From positions 16,486 through 80,485 of the IMG/VR virus record IMGVR_UViG_3300048588_001019: a DNA stretch of 64,000 nucleotides, one strand, 5' to 3'. The notes beneath the pieces were generated by a model, which had not been told where the DNA came from, did not search any database, and saw only the letters and a program-made list of their open reading frames with translations. Numbering within the stretch: position 1 is the stretch's first letter; each line of letters starts with the position of its first letter. The DNA comes from a virus. Made by a program: the position numbers and the translations under genes. Positions 1 to 8,358 of this stretch are shown here, piece by piece.

Positions 1-51
1 GTCCTGGGTAAATTTTCCTTAACTATTACTGTCAAAATAGCTTGGATGGAC

Positions 52-107
52 TATTTCATTTGAAACAAACAGCAATTTCGATTCACTCCTTGTTTCAAAT
101 GAAACAA
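52..107. promoter_or_regulatory. Tandem palindromic operator/UAS-like sites TRTTTCA-NN-TGAAACA
   Basis: TATTTCA-TT-TGAAACA at 52-67 and perfect TTGTTTCA-AA-TGAAACAA at 90-107; 54-68 and 90-104 are also a perfect 15-bp inverted repeat. Resembles Fis-type enhancer-binding-protein sites; target promoter not identified. Confidence 0.5.
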
Positions 108-405
108 CTCCTGTTCCTTTTTTTTCGATAGTTTACGGGGCGAATGACCTCATCTGAAAGAAAACCTGATTCATCTGCCGAATCATTTTCCTTTCGTTCT
201 CTGCAAGTCGTTGCCTGCTCTCAATTCGTTGCGTATTCCGACTTCTGAAAATGAACCGAGATGGATAACTTTCAAGGTCAGTCGAGTTTTCTCTCAAAGT
301 CATTCTCGTCCCTGTGTAATGCCACGCGGCTCCCACCACTCGGGCGATTAAATCTTTTGAAGGCGGGCTTCTTTGGAAGCTCCGCCTGATTTCAAATTCT
401 AAGAG

Positions 406-1620
406 ATGTTATTGGAGAGAAATATGAGGAATTTAAGAATGTTTCGAACGCTTTTGGGCGCATGTGCTCTCTTAGCATTTACGTCGGTGACTGGATTTGG
501 TTTCACTCAGCAAACGAGACGAGACGAGCTCTGCGGCGTTGAGCTTTACGAAGAGAGAAGCGATCGTCCGGACGTTTGTGGCAATAGACACGCCGTGAAG
601 GCATCGCCTGCATGCCCTTTTGATAGATTCGAGTCTGGCACCGACCTAGCCTGCCCTGGTGCAGATGCAGGTGGCCGGAAAGTTAAGCCCCAGGCCAGGT
701 TTTTCGGCAATACCGCAGTGACAATCGACTGGGGCAGAGCCCAGGGCGGCTCGATCGTACAAGGCGACGAGAACTTGAGTCAGCTCGTAGGATCCTCCTA
801 CGCTGACTATAAGACCTTTGGCACCCCCGCTAGCGGCGGCGGCGGTTATAGGTGGGTAAAAGAGAGCAGGTATTGGAGCTGCGTGCTGGAAGCTCAGAAA
901 AATCCTCAGTTCAGTTATGTCTCGGTTGAATGCACAGCCAAGCCGTACGCAACGACCTGCGAAGCGGAAAGGTTCGGAAAGATATACAAATCTTGCGAAT
1001 CCACGACTCACGAAATCGTCGGGGCGAAGACCTGCAGAAGCGATCAATTCCGACCTGAGCTTTATAAGAGCTGCAGCTTTTACAAGACGAGAGATGAACT
1101 CAATGTTTACCTCACTGAGGTCAGTTCATCTGCTGATAACTATATCATGATCCTCCCGACTCGACAGGCGGACCTTTATAGCAAACTCCGCGACGAGGCG
1201 TCTTTCAAATGCCTAATTGAAAAATATGACGGGACACCATTCATGGATGAAGTTGTAGTGGATCTGAAGGAAAAATTCTTCCTAATCTTCGGATTGCAGT
1301 ACGACGAGTCCGAGGTGGATTGCAAAAACGTTTCTATCAACGTCAATCCAGAGGTTACGGCAGGCAAATTGAATTGCAAAAATTACACCTACGATAGCTT
1401 GAAAGCTCTCATTCTTCCAGAGGGCATGAGCAAGGGGCTATTCGATAGTTTCGTTAAGAAATGTCAGTCAAAAATAGTATACGACAATCTCTCCAGCTGG
1501 TTTGAGACCAAAAAGGATGAAATCTCACTTCTGGAAGATGACTTAGCGGCTCAAAAGGACACCGGATTGCGTAACAGGCTTCTTGAATTGAAAACCAGGC
1601 TTGATGACGCCACCAAATAA
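406..1620 (+). CDS. Secreted cysteine-rich protein, first gene of putative toxin-delivery operon
   Basis: 404-aa ORF; hydrophobic signal peptide (MFRTLLGACALLAF...); recurring Cys motifs (e.g. C..ERFGKIYKSC, CRSDQFRPELYKSC); helical C-terminus; closely followed by next gene. Confidence 0.75.
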   Translation: MLLERNMRNLRMFRTLLGACALLAFTSVTGFGFTQQTRRDELCGVELYEERSDRPDVCGNRHAVKASPACPFDRFESGTDLACPGADAGGRKVKPQARFFGNTAVTIDWGRAQGGSIVQGDENLSQLVGSSYADYKTFGTPASGGGGYRWVKESRYWSCVLEAQKNPQFSYVSVECTAKPYATTCEAERFGKIYKSCESTTHEIVGAKTCRSDQFRPELYKSCSFYKTRDELNVYLTEVSSSADNYIMILPTRQADLYSKLRDEASFKCLIEKYDGTPFMDEVVVDLKEKFFLIFGLQYDESEVDCKNVSINVNPEVTAGKLNCKNYTYDSLKALILPEGMSKGLFDSFVKKCQSKIVYDNLSSWFETKKDEISLLEDDLAAQKDTGLRNRLLELKTRLDDATK

Positions 1621-2905
1621 CGCGATGAATCGGGAGCGCTGTCCTATGAAAAGCAGGTTCATTTTAGGGGTATTGGCCCTGGTGCTAAGTATGAATGTGC
1701 GTCCGGTTACTGTTTTGGGCCAAGGTATCGAGATACCTTCATGCACGATGAGCTATGGAATGGATGCCTTTCCTTTAGAGAGCCTTCGTGCGACAAAATA
1801 TTATGTTAGCTTTTGCGCCCAAAAACTCCAGAAAGCGAAGCAATGTTTCGAAAAGGCTGAGCGTGTCACTGCTGATCTTCAGCGGATTTCAGAAAGCTTT
1901 GCAAAAAGGCTAGAGCAGGGTGGGGTTGGCACCGGCAACATCTGGAATCGGTATCTTTCTTTGAAACAATCCACTCTCCAGAACCAGGAGAGAATAGGTT
2001 TATTGATAAGAGATTTTAAGGATGTTCCGACCGACGAGGCGCGTATCCTGCAGCAGATGTCGAATCTTCATACGAGGTTTGCGGCTGATATAGAGTCCCT
2101 GAACTCGGTATACAATGCCGAAAGTCAGCTTCTCGGGGCTTTGGACGAACTTCAGGCAGAGCTTGAGTCCGCGGGTCTCTCCGATGGCATGAAACTTCAG
2201 GCAAATGACGGATCTGCATGCGATCAAAAGGAATTCAGTCCGACAGCAACAAAGCTTGAACAGTTGCCTCGTCAGATGTACTCCGACTCCGTTATCATAA
2301 AAGATTCTATCACGAAGACCAGGCAAGCTCGAGAAGCGCTTGTTCAATACGCTTTCTTCTACTTTAAGCTGGCATTGGAGAATGCGTATAAGAACGCAAT
2401 CAACGGCGGTCTGTCCGATCTGGGAGGAAAACTGGATGCAGTACTGCAGGCTAAGACCGTAGGCGCTGAGTTCGAAGCCTGGGTCACCTATACAGCCACG
2501 GAGAATGACCGGAACTATCTTGAGTCGGTCTACCTTCAGTTTACAAAGCCTTTTGCCCTGGCTGTCTTGGATCAGAAAACCGCCCAAAACTTTCTCGACA
2601 GGATGCGTGTCATTAGAGATGCGTACCCTGAGGTAGCGGCACCCTACGTCACCAGAATCGAAAGTATGATCAAGTTTTTTGGTGATAAAGTGGCCCGTAT
2701 CGAGAAAAAAGGCTGGAACGGGTATCTGAGTAGCCAAAAATCCTGGGCTGACAGATACGTAGCAAACCCAGCACAAGTCTCCAAAGAGTGTGTCGCTGCA
2801 ATGAGCGAATATTTGAAATCCTATTCGGCCGTCGAGAGTTTTGACGTATTTCAGCAAGCTGAAGACGCTTACAAAGCTGCCGCCACAATTTGCAGAAGGA
2901 AATAA
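1601..2905 (+). CDS. Secreted alpha-helical/coiled-coil protein (probable start 1646)
   Basis: Signal peptide MKSRFILGVLALVLSM...; amphipathic helical composition with paired Cys; stop lies 2 nt before the probable start of the toxin gene. Confidence 0.75.
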   Translation: MMTPPNNAMNRERCPMKSRFILGVLALVLSMNVRPVTVLGQGIEIPSCTMSYGMDAFPLESLRATKYYVSFCAQKLQKAKQCFEKAERVTADLQRISESFAKRLEQGGVGTGNIWNRYLSLKQSTLQNQERIGLLIRDFKDVPTDEARILQQMSNLHTRFAADIESLNSVYNAESQLLGALDELQAELESAGLSDGMKLQANDGSACDQKEFSPTATKLEQLPRQMYSDSVIIKDSITKTRQAREALVQYAFFYFKLALENAYKNAINGGLSDLGGKLDAVLQAKTVGAEFEAWVTYTATENDRNYLESVYLQFTKPFALAVLDQKTAQNFLDRMRVIRDAYPEVAAPYVTRIESMIKFFGDKVARIEKKGWNGYLSSQKSWADRYVANPAQVSKECVAAMSEYLKSYSAVESFDVFQQAEDAYKAAATICRRK

Positions 2906-4380
2906 GAATGAGATCCCTTTTTATTCTTATCGTATCTATTCTGATTTCAAGCTGCACCCCAGGCGTTCAATCGGTATCGACTCTTAAGGATATTGATTGT
3001 GCGGGATTGGTGATTCAGCCGGGGCAGCCACCTGCGGTCTGTAACGGTTCGATTGTTTATATAGACCCCGAAACAGGACAGCTCAAATTTTCAAACTTGG
3101 TCGCCACCGTCACACAGCAAGCGGCCCAGGACATGACCAAAGACGAAATCGTTTATGCGGCTGTCGCCCCATACCTACCACCCCTGGCCGATGGTCTGTA
3201 CAAGGCAGCTATCAAAAAGAATTACAGGGACGCCTGCGAGAAAGAGCGGGACGAGATCGCGGTGAAAGAGGCAGAGGTTAAAAAACTAACAGCTGACACG
3301 AACGTCCTGCTTGCCACTGCCAACACTGAATTGCCTCGCCTCGAAAATAGTGCGAGCCAAAACGGTTTCGGACTACGAGAGAATCACGCCAGTGAGCTCG
3401 CTTCCTTCGAGCAGGCGTCGAAAGAACAGCTTGCGTCTTTGGCACAACAACTTCCGCCACCGAGCGATATTCCAGACGTAGGCCAAACCCCTGGCCAGCA
3501 ATTCCCTGAGCAGGCGAAGGTCGAAAGAGGACAGGCCCTCATAGATAACGCCGAAGCAAAAATCGGAGCGTTCCGCGGACAAAGCGATTTCGAGACGAGA
3601 AGAGGATTACTTGCTTTGGCCAAGGAGGCCATGGGAGCGGCGCGTTTATCGTACCGAAACGGGCAAGTCGCACAGGGAGACTATCTCTACAACATCGCTG
3701 TTGCGGCAGCCGACATAACTATGTCCATTGCACCGGTATTTGGTTGGGGCAAAGATTTCTACGAGGCACGATACGGCATAAATGCTTTGACTGGTAAGGA
3801 GCTGACCAAATTCGAAAGAACCATGGCCTGGGTGGGGGTAGTAACCGCAGGCATCGGTAGTAAGGTTGTGCTGGCAGTTAAGCTGGGGGCCTTCATAAAA
3901 ATAGGCAAGAATGGTCTTCAGGAGCTAGCGGAAGCGGAGAAGTTCATTAGGGCTGCAGAATCATTAGGTTTAAGAAGCACCAGTGAGATAAAAGCCTTTA
4001 GTGATGTTGCTGATAAGATGGGAAAATCTGCCGAGGAGCTTGCCGACGCCATAAAAACTGGTGTAGGTAAATCAGGCCAAGATTTCGAACAGCACCTGAT
4101 GAAAAAGCTTGGCGGTGAGCCGCCCTTCAAAGTTTCCAATTCTCGCGGTACTAGAGAATTCGACGGTAGGGTGGGAAAAGCTTGGTACGAGGCAAAGACT
4201 GGCTGGGAAGACCTTAACTTGGAAAAGTTCAAGTCAGACATGGGGAAAGGTTTATCTATATCGTCGGACGAAGGGGCTTCTTACCATTTGCTCACCAACT
4301 CAACCATTCCTGTAGATTTACAGGAATGGCTTACGAAAAAAGGTATAACGTTCGTTCATTACACTGAGGTTCCCAAATGA
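2890..4380 (+). CDS. Lipoprotein polymorphic toxin: lipobox, coiled coil, pre-toxin TG (PT-TG) domain, C-terminal restriction-endonuclease-fold toxin (probable start 2908)
   Basis: Lipobox LISSC; PT-TG-like segment DITMSIAPVFGWGKDFYEARYGINALTGKELTKFER; C-terminal PD-(D/E)xK-type motif REFDG...WYEAKTG...WLTKKGI. Confidence 0.8.
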   Translation: MQKEIRMRSLFILIVSILISSCTPGVQSVSTLKDIDCAGLVIQPGQPPAVCNGSIVYIDPETGQLKFSNLVATVTQQAAQDMTKDEIVYAAVAPYLPPLADGLYKAAIKKNYRDACEKERDEIAVKEAEVKKLTADTNVLLATANTELPRLENSASQNGFGLRENHASELASFEQASKEQLASLAQQLPPPSDIPDVGQTPGQQFPEQAKVERGQALIDNAEAKIGAFRGQSDFETRRGLLALAKEAMGAARLSYRNGQVAQGDYLYNIAVAAADITMSIAPVFGWGKDFYEARYGINALTGKELTKFERTMAWVGVVTAGIGSKVVLAVKLGAFIKIGKNGLQELAEAEKFIRAAESLGLRSTSEIKAFSDVADKMGKSAEELADAIKTGVGKSGQDFEQHLMKKLGGEPPFKVSNSRGTREFDGRVGKAWYEAKTGWEDLNLEKFKSDMGKGLSISSDEGASYHLLTNSTIPVDLQEWLTKKGITFVHYTEVPK

Positions 4381-4841
4381 ATTCTTCTATGAGTGTCACG
4401 CAACTCAAGAGTGGCATGGACTTTGTTGAACTGCTGAAGTGCTTTCTTTCAGCCTCCTGGGCGTTGGAGTATCAAGGCAAGGTCAACTTTACTCCAGTTG
4501 GGGGAGATTTTGGTGATTGGGTGTCGGAACCTTTTGTTTCTAACGAAAAGGTTTTCGAAATCATCGCAAAGAAATTATCACTCAAAGAAGACATTGCAGT
4601 TACAATCTTTTATAACGGATCTACCCACGGCGCCGATTTGCTTTTTAATCCTGCAAAAAATCAATTGACCATTAGCTGGGATGTTGATCGGGTCTTGGAT
4701 AAAGCAGGCAATTTGGATTTTCCTTGGTATATAGAAAAAGTTAAGGTCGCATTATCGGGCAGATTCGCAGGATTGGTGTTACGCTCGGAAGAGCATGATT
4801 CTGGAGGTCGCTCTTTACAAGCCAGAGAAGACGTTCTTTAA
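4377..4841 (+). CDS. Cognate immunity protein of the REase toxin
   Basis: ATGA overlap with toxin stop; 154 aa, no signal peptide; pattern (W...GKVNFTPVG..DW...DFPWYIEK) like immunity proteins found after this toxin class. Confidence 0.7.
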   Translation: MNSSMSVTQLKSGMDFVELLKCFLSASWALEYQGKVNFTPVGGDFGDWVSEPFVSNEKVFEIIAKKLSLKEDIAVTIFYNGSTHGADLLFNPAKNQLTISWDVDRVLDKAGNLDFPWYIEKVKVALSGRFAGLVLRSEEHDSGGRSLQAREDVL

Positions 4842-4852
4842 GAGTGGAAAAT

Positions 4853-5210
4853 ATGAGCGTCGGATTCATTCTTGGTAAACATGACGAAAAAAGAACGACT
4901 ATCTTGGTCGCACCTTTCAATTAATTCCAAGCAGGAAATCCTGCATAGCCCTGTAGGTCGCGCCCTTGTAACAGGTTACGTGCTCGATAACACTGGAGAT
5001 TCGATCGTTTTCGTGCCTGAACTAGTTGAATTAGGTTGGCCTGAAGGCCTCGACAACAAAACGTTACGGTCGTTCAGCGATGTCACCGAAGCCCAGCTGG
5101 AAAAATTAGAAAAGCAGGGACTTTTAACCGGCCGTCGGAAGCGCATAATAGACGAAGAACAAAATGCTTATGTTTGGGATTTTGATCAGGATTCGGGAGC
5201 CCTGCGATGA
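4853..5210 (+). pseudogene. Possible frameshifted orphan immunity-like gene
   Basis: ATG at 4853 gives MSVGFILGKHDEKRTTILVAPFN* while the long frame 4872-5210 continues; position downstream of a toxin/immunity pair. Confidence 0.35.
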
Positions 5211-5556
5211 CGTTCGTTGCCGCAAGGAATTGAAATAAATTTTCTTTGAGCGTTACCCACCTCAAGAATGGAAGAGTGATTCTTTAGGTCGCTCATTGCA
5301 GTCCAGGAAAGACGTTGTTAAGACATTCCGCGGATCAGACAGCACACGGCTGAAAGAGTTCGAACTCGATGGCTTCGAAATAAACCTTAGAAATCTGCAA
5401 TTTGGATACAAGGCTTCCCTGCGGTCTCATACATAGTCACGACGGATTGAGAATTCTGGTGAAGCTTGAGTCTCCATATACCACAGCCATTGTGCCATCT
5501 TCATACAGCAAAAGCGATCCCATCCAAAACAAAGAATTCGCCAGGGGAAGGGCACT

Positions 5557-5805
5557 GTGAAATATCTGGACAAAATGTTGTTTATAATGTGCCTAGCGTT
5601 TTATGCCTGGGGAATGATCGACGGCCGCGCTAAGTTTTGGGGAATGATCGGTGGAAATTCCACCTTCATATTTTATATTTTACTGTTGCGCAAACGGAAG
5701 GGGCAACGCCTCGTTGATGTGAGTGTTATGGTATTGATCGTATGCGTAGTCCTCCTTCTAGGCTTGCAGATCCTCGACTATATGAGAGATTTGCAGAAGG
5801 CCTGA
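5557..5805 (+). CDS. Small membrane protein (about 3 TM)
   Basis: 82 aa with three hydrophobic stretches; purine-rich RBS-like sequence upstream. Confidence 0.55.
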   Translation: MKYLDKMLFIMCLAFYAWGMIDGRAKFWGMIGGNSTFIFYILLLRKRKGQRLVDVSVMVLIVCVVLLLGLQILDYMRDLQKA

Positions 5806-5931
5806 ACGTTGACTATTCTGCGACTCCGTATTTTTGTTAAAGACCTTTTTCAGGGGAGAAGCTGAGGCATGCTGAGTTGTCATGCCTTCTGCTTATGAGA
5901 GCCTGTTGACGTTTGTCATGCTTTCGTGGAC

Positions 5932-7100
5932 TTACTGAAACAGAGTTTGAATCATTCGTATTGTCTCTCTCTGATTCTCGATTTCAATCTGGCGCTGCTC
6001 CATTTCAAGCCGCCCTTTTTGTATATCGATCTGAGCCTCGGCACCCTTGCGATGCAGCTCGACCTGCTCTTCTTGAAGGGCAAGATATTCTTCTTCGGCT
6101 TTGGCTTTGCGTTCTTCCTGCATTTTCTTTGCCTTTTCTTCCTCGTCTTTGGCACTATTTGCTGCGACCATTGGAGCCAATTTAAGGCGAACTAATCTGC
6201 AAAATTTTGGGGTGCTTAGGCAGTCCTCACTCGCATCTGCAAGCCTTTTGCATGAAATCTGGATTTGGGAGTTACATTCCTCGGCGAGAAGGGCTACCCC
6301 CTTCTCATAGAGCTGAGAGGAAAGACGGCCATTTTTTACCTTAATGCGAAGGGTGTCGGCGCTTTTTGCAGCTTCCACACATGCAGCGCCGTCAAGCGTC
6401 CCCATGCAAAGTATTCCTGCTGCTAAAAGCTCGTTTCTGGTGTCCTGGTTTGGCTGGCCACACTAAGCGCTTCACTACAGTTCTTCTTAATTGCAGCGAT
6501 TCCCTGATCCTTTTGTGCTGCAATACAGAGACCAATACGAGCCCTGGTTCTAAAGGAGTTCGCCCCTGGTCCAGAGTATGTTTCAAGAATCTTGAGTGCG
6601 TTTGAACAGTGGTCAGCATATTCGCTTTTCTGCGGCACCATACGACACTTTTGTGACAGCTCTGTCAGAAGTTTTTCTTCTTCCAGAACCTTGGCGTTGT
6701 CCGTGACACCATTCTTGCTTGGAGACAAAGGGGAGCTGATTGCGGCTTGATAAGCTTCGTATGATGGCTCAATACACTGAATTACGAGCTTGGCTTGAAC
6801 CCAACGATTGAAGGTATTAGGGTCAATTTTTCGCTCAGTAACTACTGAGTCAAAGAGCTTGGATCCTTTTGGGCAGATTGCGTCGATTTTCGGCTTTAGC
6901 GATGCCTGCGCGGATGCAAGAATCTGTTCTTTATTGAACTCAGTATGAAGATTCTGGATAGTGGTTTCGACCTCATAACGCCGCGGCTTTACAACTTCGG
7001 GAGGCAGCGACTCATGCCAGCTAATCTCAGAAATACTGTCAGTCGCGCAAGAGAGCTGAGTGAAAGCAGTCAATAAAAATAGGTGCTGTAAACACTTCAT
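5932..7100 (-). pseudogene. Cys-rich lipoprotein with C-terminal coiled coil, split by a frameshift near 6445
   Basis: ORF 6423-7100 has a lipobox (QLSC); the frame of ORF 5932-6405 stays open upstream (DTRNELLAAGILC-MGTLD...) and overlaps its end, so one indel fuses them. Confidence 0.6.
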
Positions 7101-7169
7101 GAATGAGTCTCATCAGGATTGTTCGCCTCGCCCGATGTGAAGCGAGCTTCAATAGTAGTTGCAAGGTAA

Positions 7170-7454
7170 TCAGCTGGCTTTTGCCATCCCCGTCTTTGCA
7201 GTAGCTTGATTCCTAGCCTTTTTCTTTAACTTTTTTGCTTCCGATGTTTCTAAATTTTTCTGAATGACGCTTAAACCGCCTCCGCACTTTGCGCTTAATT
7301 GAGTGCCGTCGCAGCATTGATTGGAGCAGACGCCTCCTTGGTGAGAACAGCATCCTCGTCGACCTTCCGCGACTTGCGATATCGGAAGTAAGACTGCGGT
7401 GGCGAATATGAATCTCTTCAACAGCTTCATAAGTAACCTCAAATTTTTGAGCAA
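7170..7454 (-). CDS. Small secreted Cys-rich protein (GCCSHQGGVC motif)
   Basis: Signal peptide followed by RRGCCSHQGGVCSNQCCDGTQLSAKC and a basic tail. Confidence 0.65.
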   Translation of the reverse strand: MLKNLRLLMKLLKRFIFATAVLLPISQVAEGRRGCCSHQGGVCSNQCCDGTQLSAKCGGGLSVIQKNLETSEAKKLKKKARNQATAKTGMAKAS

Positions 7455-7699
7455 CCTATCACTTCCACCAGACCTGTAAAGACCATTCTCTACGAAAATC
7501 GAATGTTCGGCGAGTTGGGCATTTATCCGAACAATAAATGAGCAATAGTAGCAAGAAAATGTCCATCATGCCTTGGCGATATCCTGCAAATGACGGAATT
7601 TATGTAACTTTGAAAGTTAAGAGGTGCTTGGACGCCGGGACCTTAAGCGCGGAACTATCAAGTTTTCTATTATGCCTTAGGGGCTAGGCCACCAAATGG

Positions 7700-7980
7700 C
7701 CTTATAGGAGAAGCATCGTGAAAGCATTTCCTCTGACAATGCTAATCCGACGAAGACTGATTTGCTGGTTGAGATGGTAGGGCAGTAAAGAAATCTTAAC
7801 CTTTGGATGCCATCGAGGTGATGCTTCAAGTGTGCGCAGCCACTTCCTATATCATGGGTCAGTGGTTTGTGATTGACCATCGCAATGAGGGCAGCGGTCA
7901 ATAGATCCCCAGATAGCCAAGGATAGTGTTCCGCACTCTGAACACGCAGCGGCAATTTCCATTTGTTCCAGGATAGTAAA
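7700..7980. repeat. Scaffold repeat R1 copy A (upstream gene end + 16-bp motif + Zn-finger gene)
   Basis: Aligns with 12700-13000 (agcatcgtg...ctgacaa...aatccga...aagact; gaccatcgcaatg; ccccagat.gcca) and with 13160-13310. Confidence 0.85.
7785..7800 (+). repeat. 16-bp motif copy 1 (GTAAAGAAATCTTAAC)
   Basis: One of six same-orientation matches to GTAAAGRAWTCTTAAC. Confidence 0.9.
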
Positions 7981-8040
7981 AACCAGTGCTTCAAATTCGG
8001 GTTTCGATGATTTCCTTTTGGCGAAGGTTAATGGTGACAC
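7852..8040 (-). CDS. Small CxxC-x13-CxxC zinc-finger protein, copy A
   Basis: CSECGTLSLAIWGSIDRCPHCDG; paralog at 12858-13055 conserves the Cys residues and LSLAIWG. Confidence 0.7.
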   Translation of the reverse strand: MSPLTFAKRKSSKPEFEALVFTILEQMEIAAACSECGTLSLAIWGSIDRCPHCDGQSQTTDP

Positions 8041-8294
8041 TCCTAATCAATCATCTTCAGAAGTGTTGAGCTAGGGAGGTGGATCATTACAGTATGTCAG
8101 ACCCAAAGGGTAGGAAATTGATTTCATCCGCGGAATTGTGAGTTGCTTACCAAAGAAGTATCCAGGCAACGTCTTGTATTTCGCTCAGCACAGAACATAG
8201 CCCCTACAGAGTATTTATTAAACAATCGAAAGTATTGACAATATTCAGCTGATGAAGGGGCGTGGTACCCAGGAAATATCTCAGTCGGAATTGC

Positions 8295-8321
8295 TAAAGC
8301 TTTCATCCGCTTCACCGATCC
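8295..8321 (+). promoter_or_regulatory. Putative sigma28 (FliA-type) promoter
   Basis: TAAA-N15-ACCGATCC, 37 nt upstream of the 8359 start; consensus TAAA-N15-GCCGATAA. Confidence 0.5.
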
Positions 8322-8358
8322 TTCTCTCAGATGGGTTTGCGCAAACGAGGCTTAAAAG

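Noticed and set aside
2000-2857. 285-aa minus-strand ORF
   Set aside because: Lies entirely antisense to the well-supported 1601-2905 gene; no recognisable motif.
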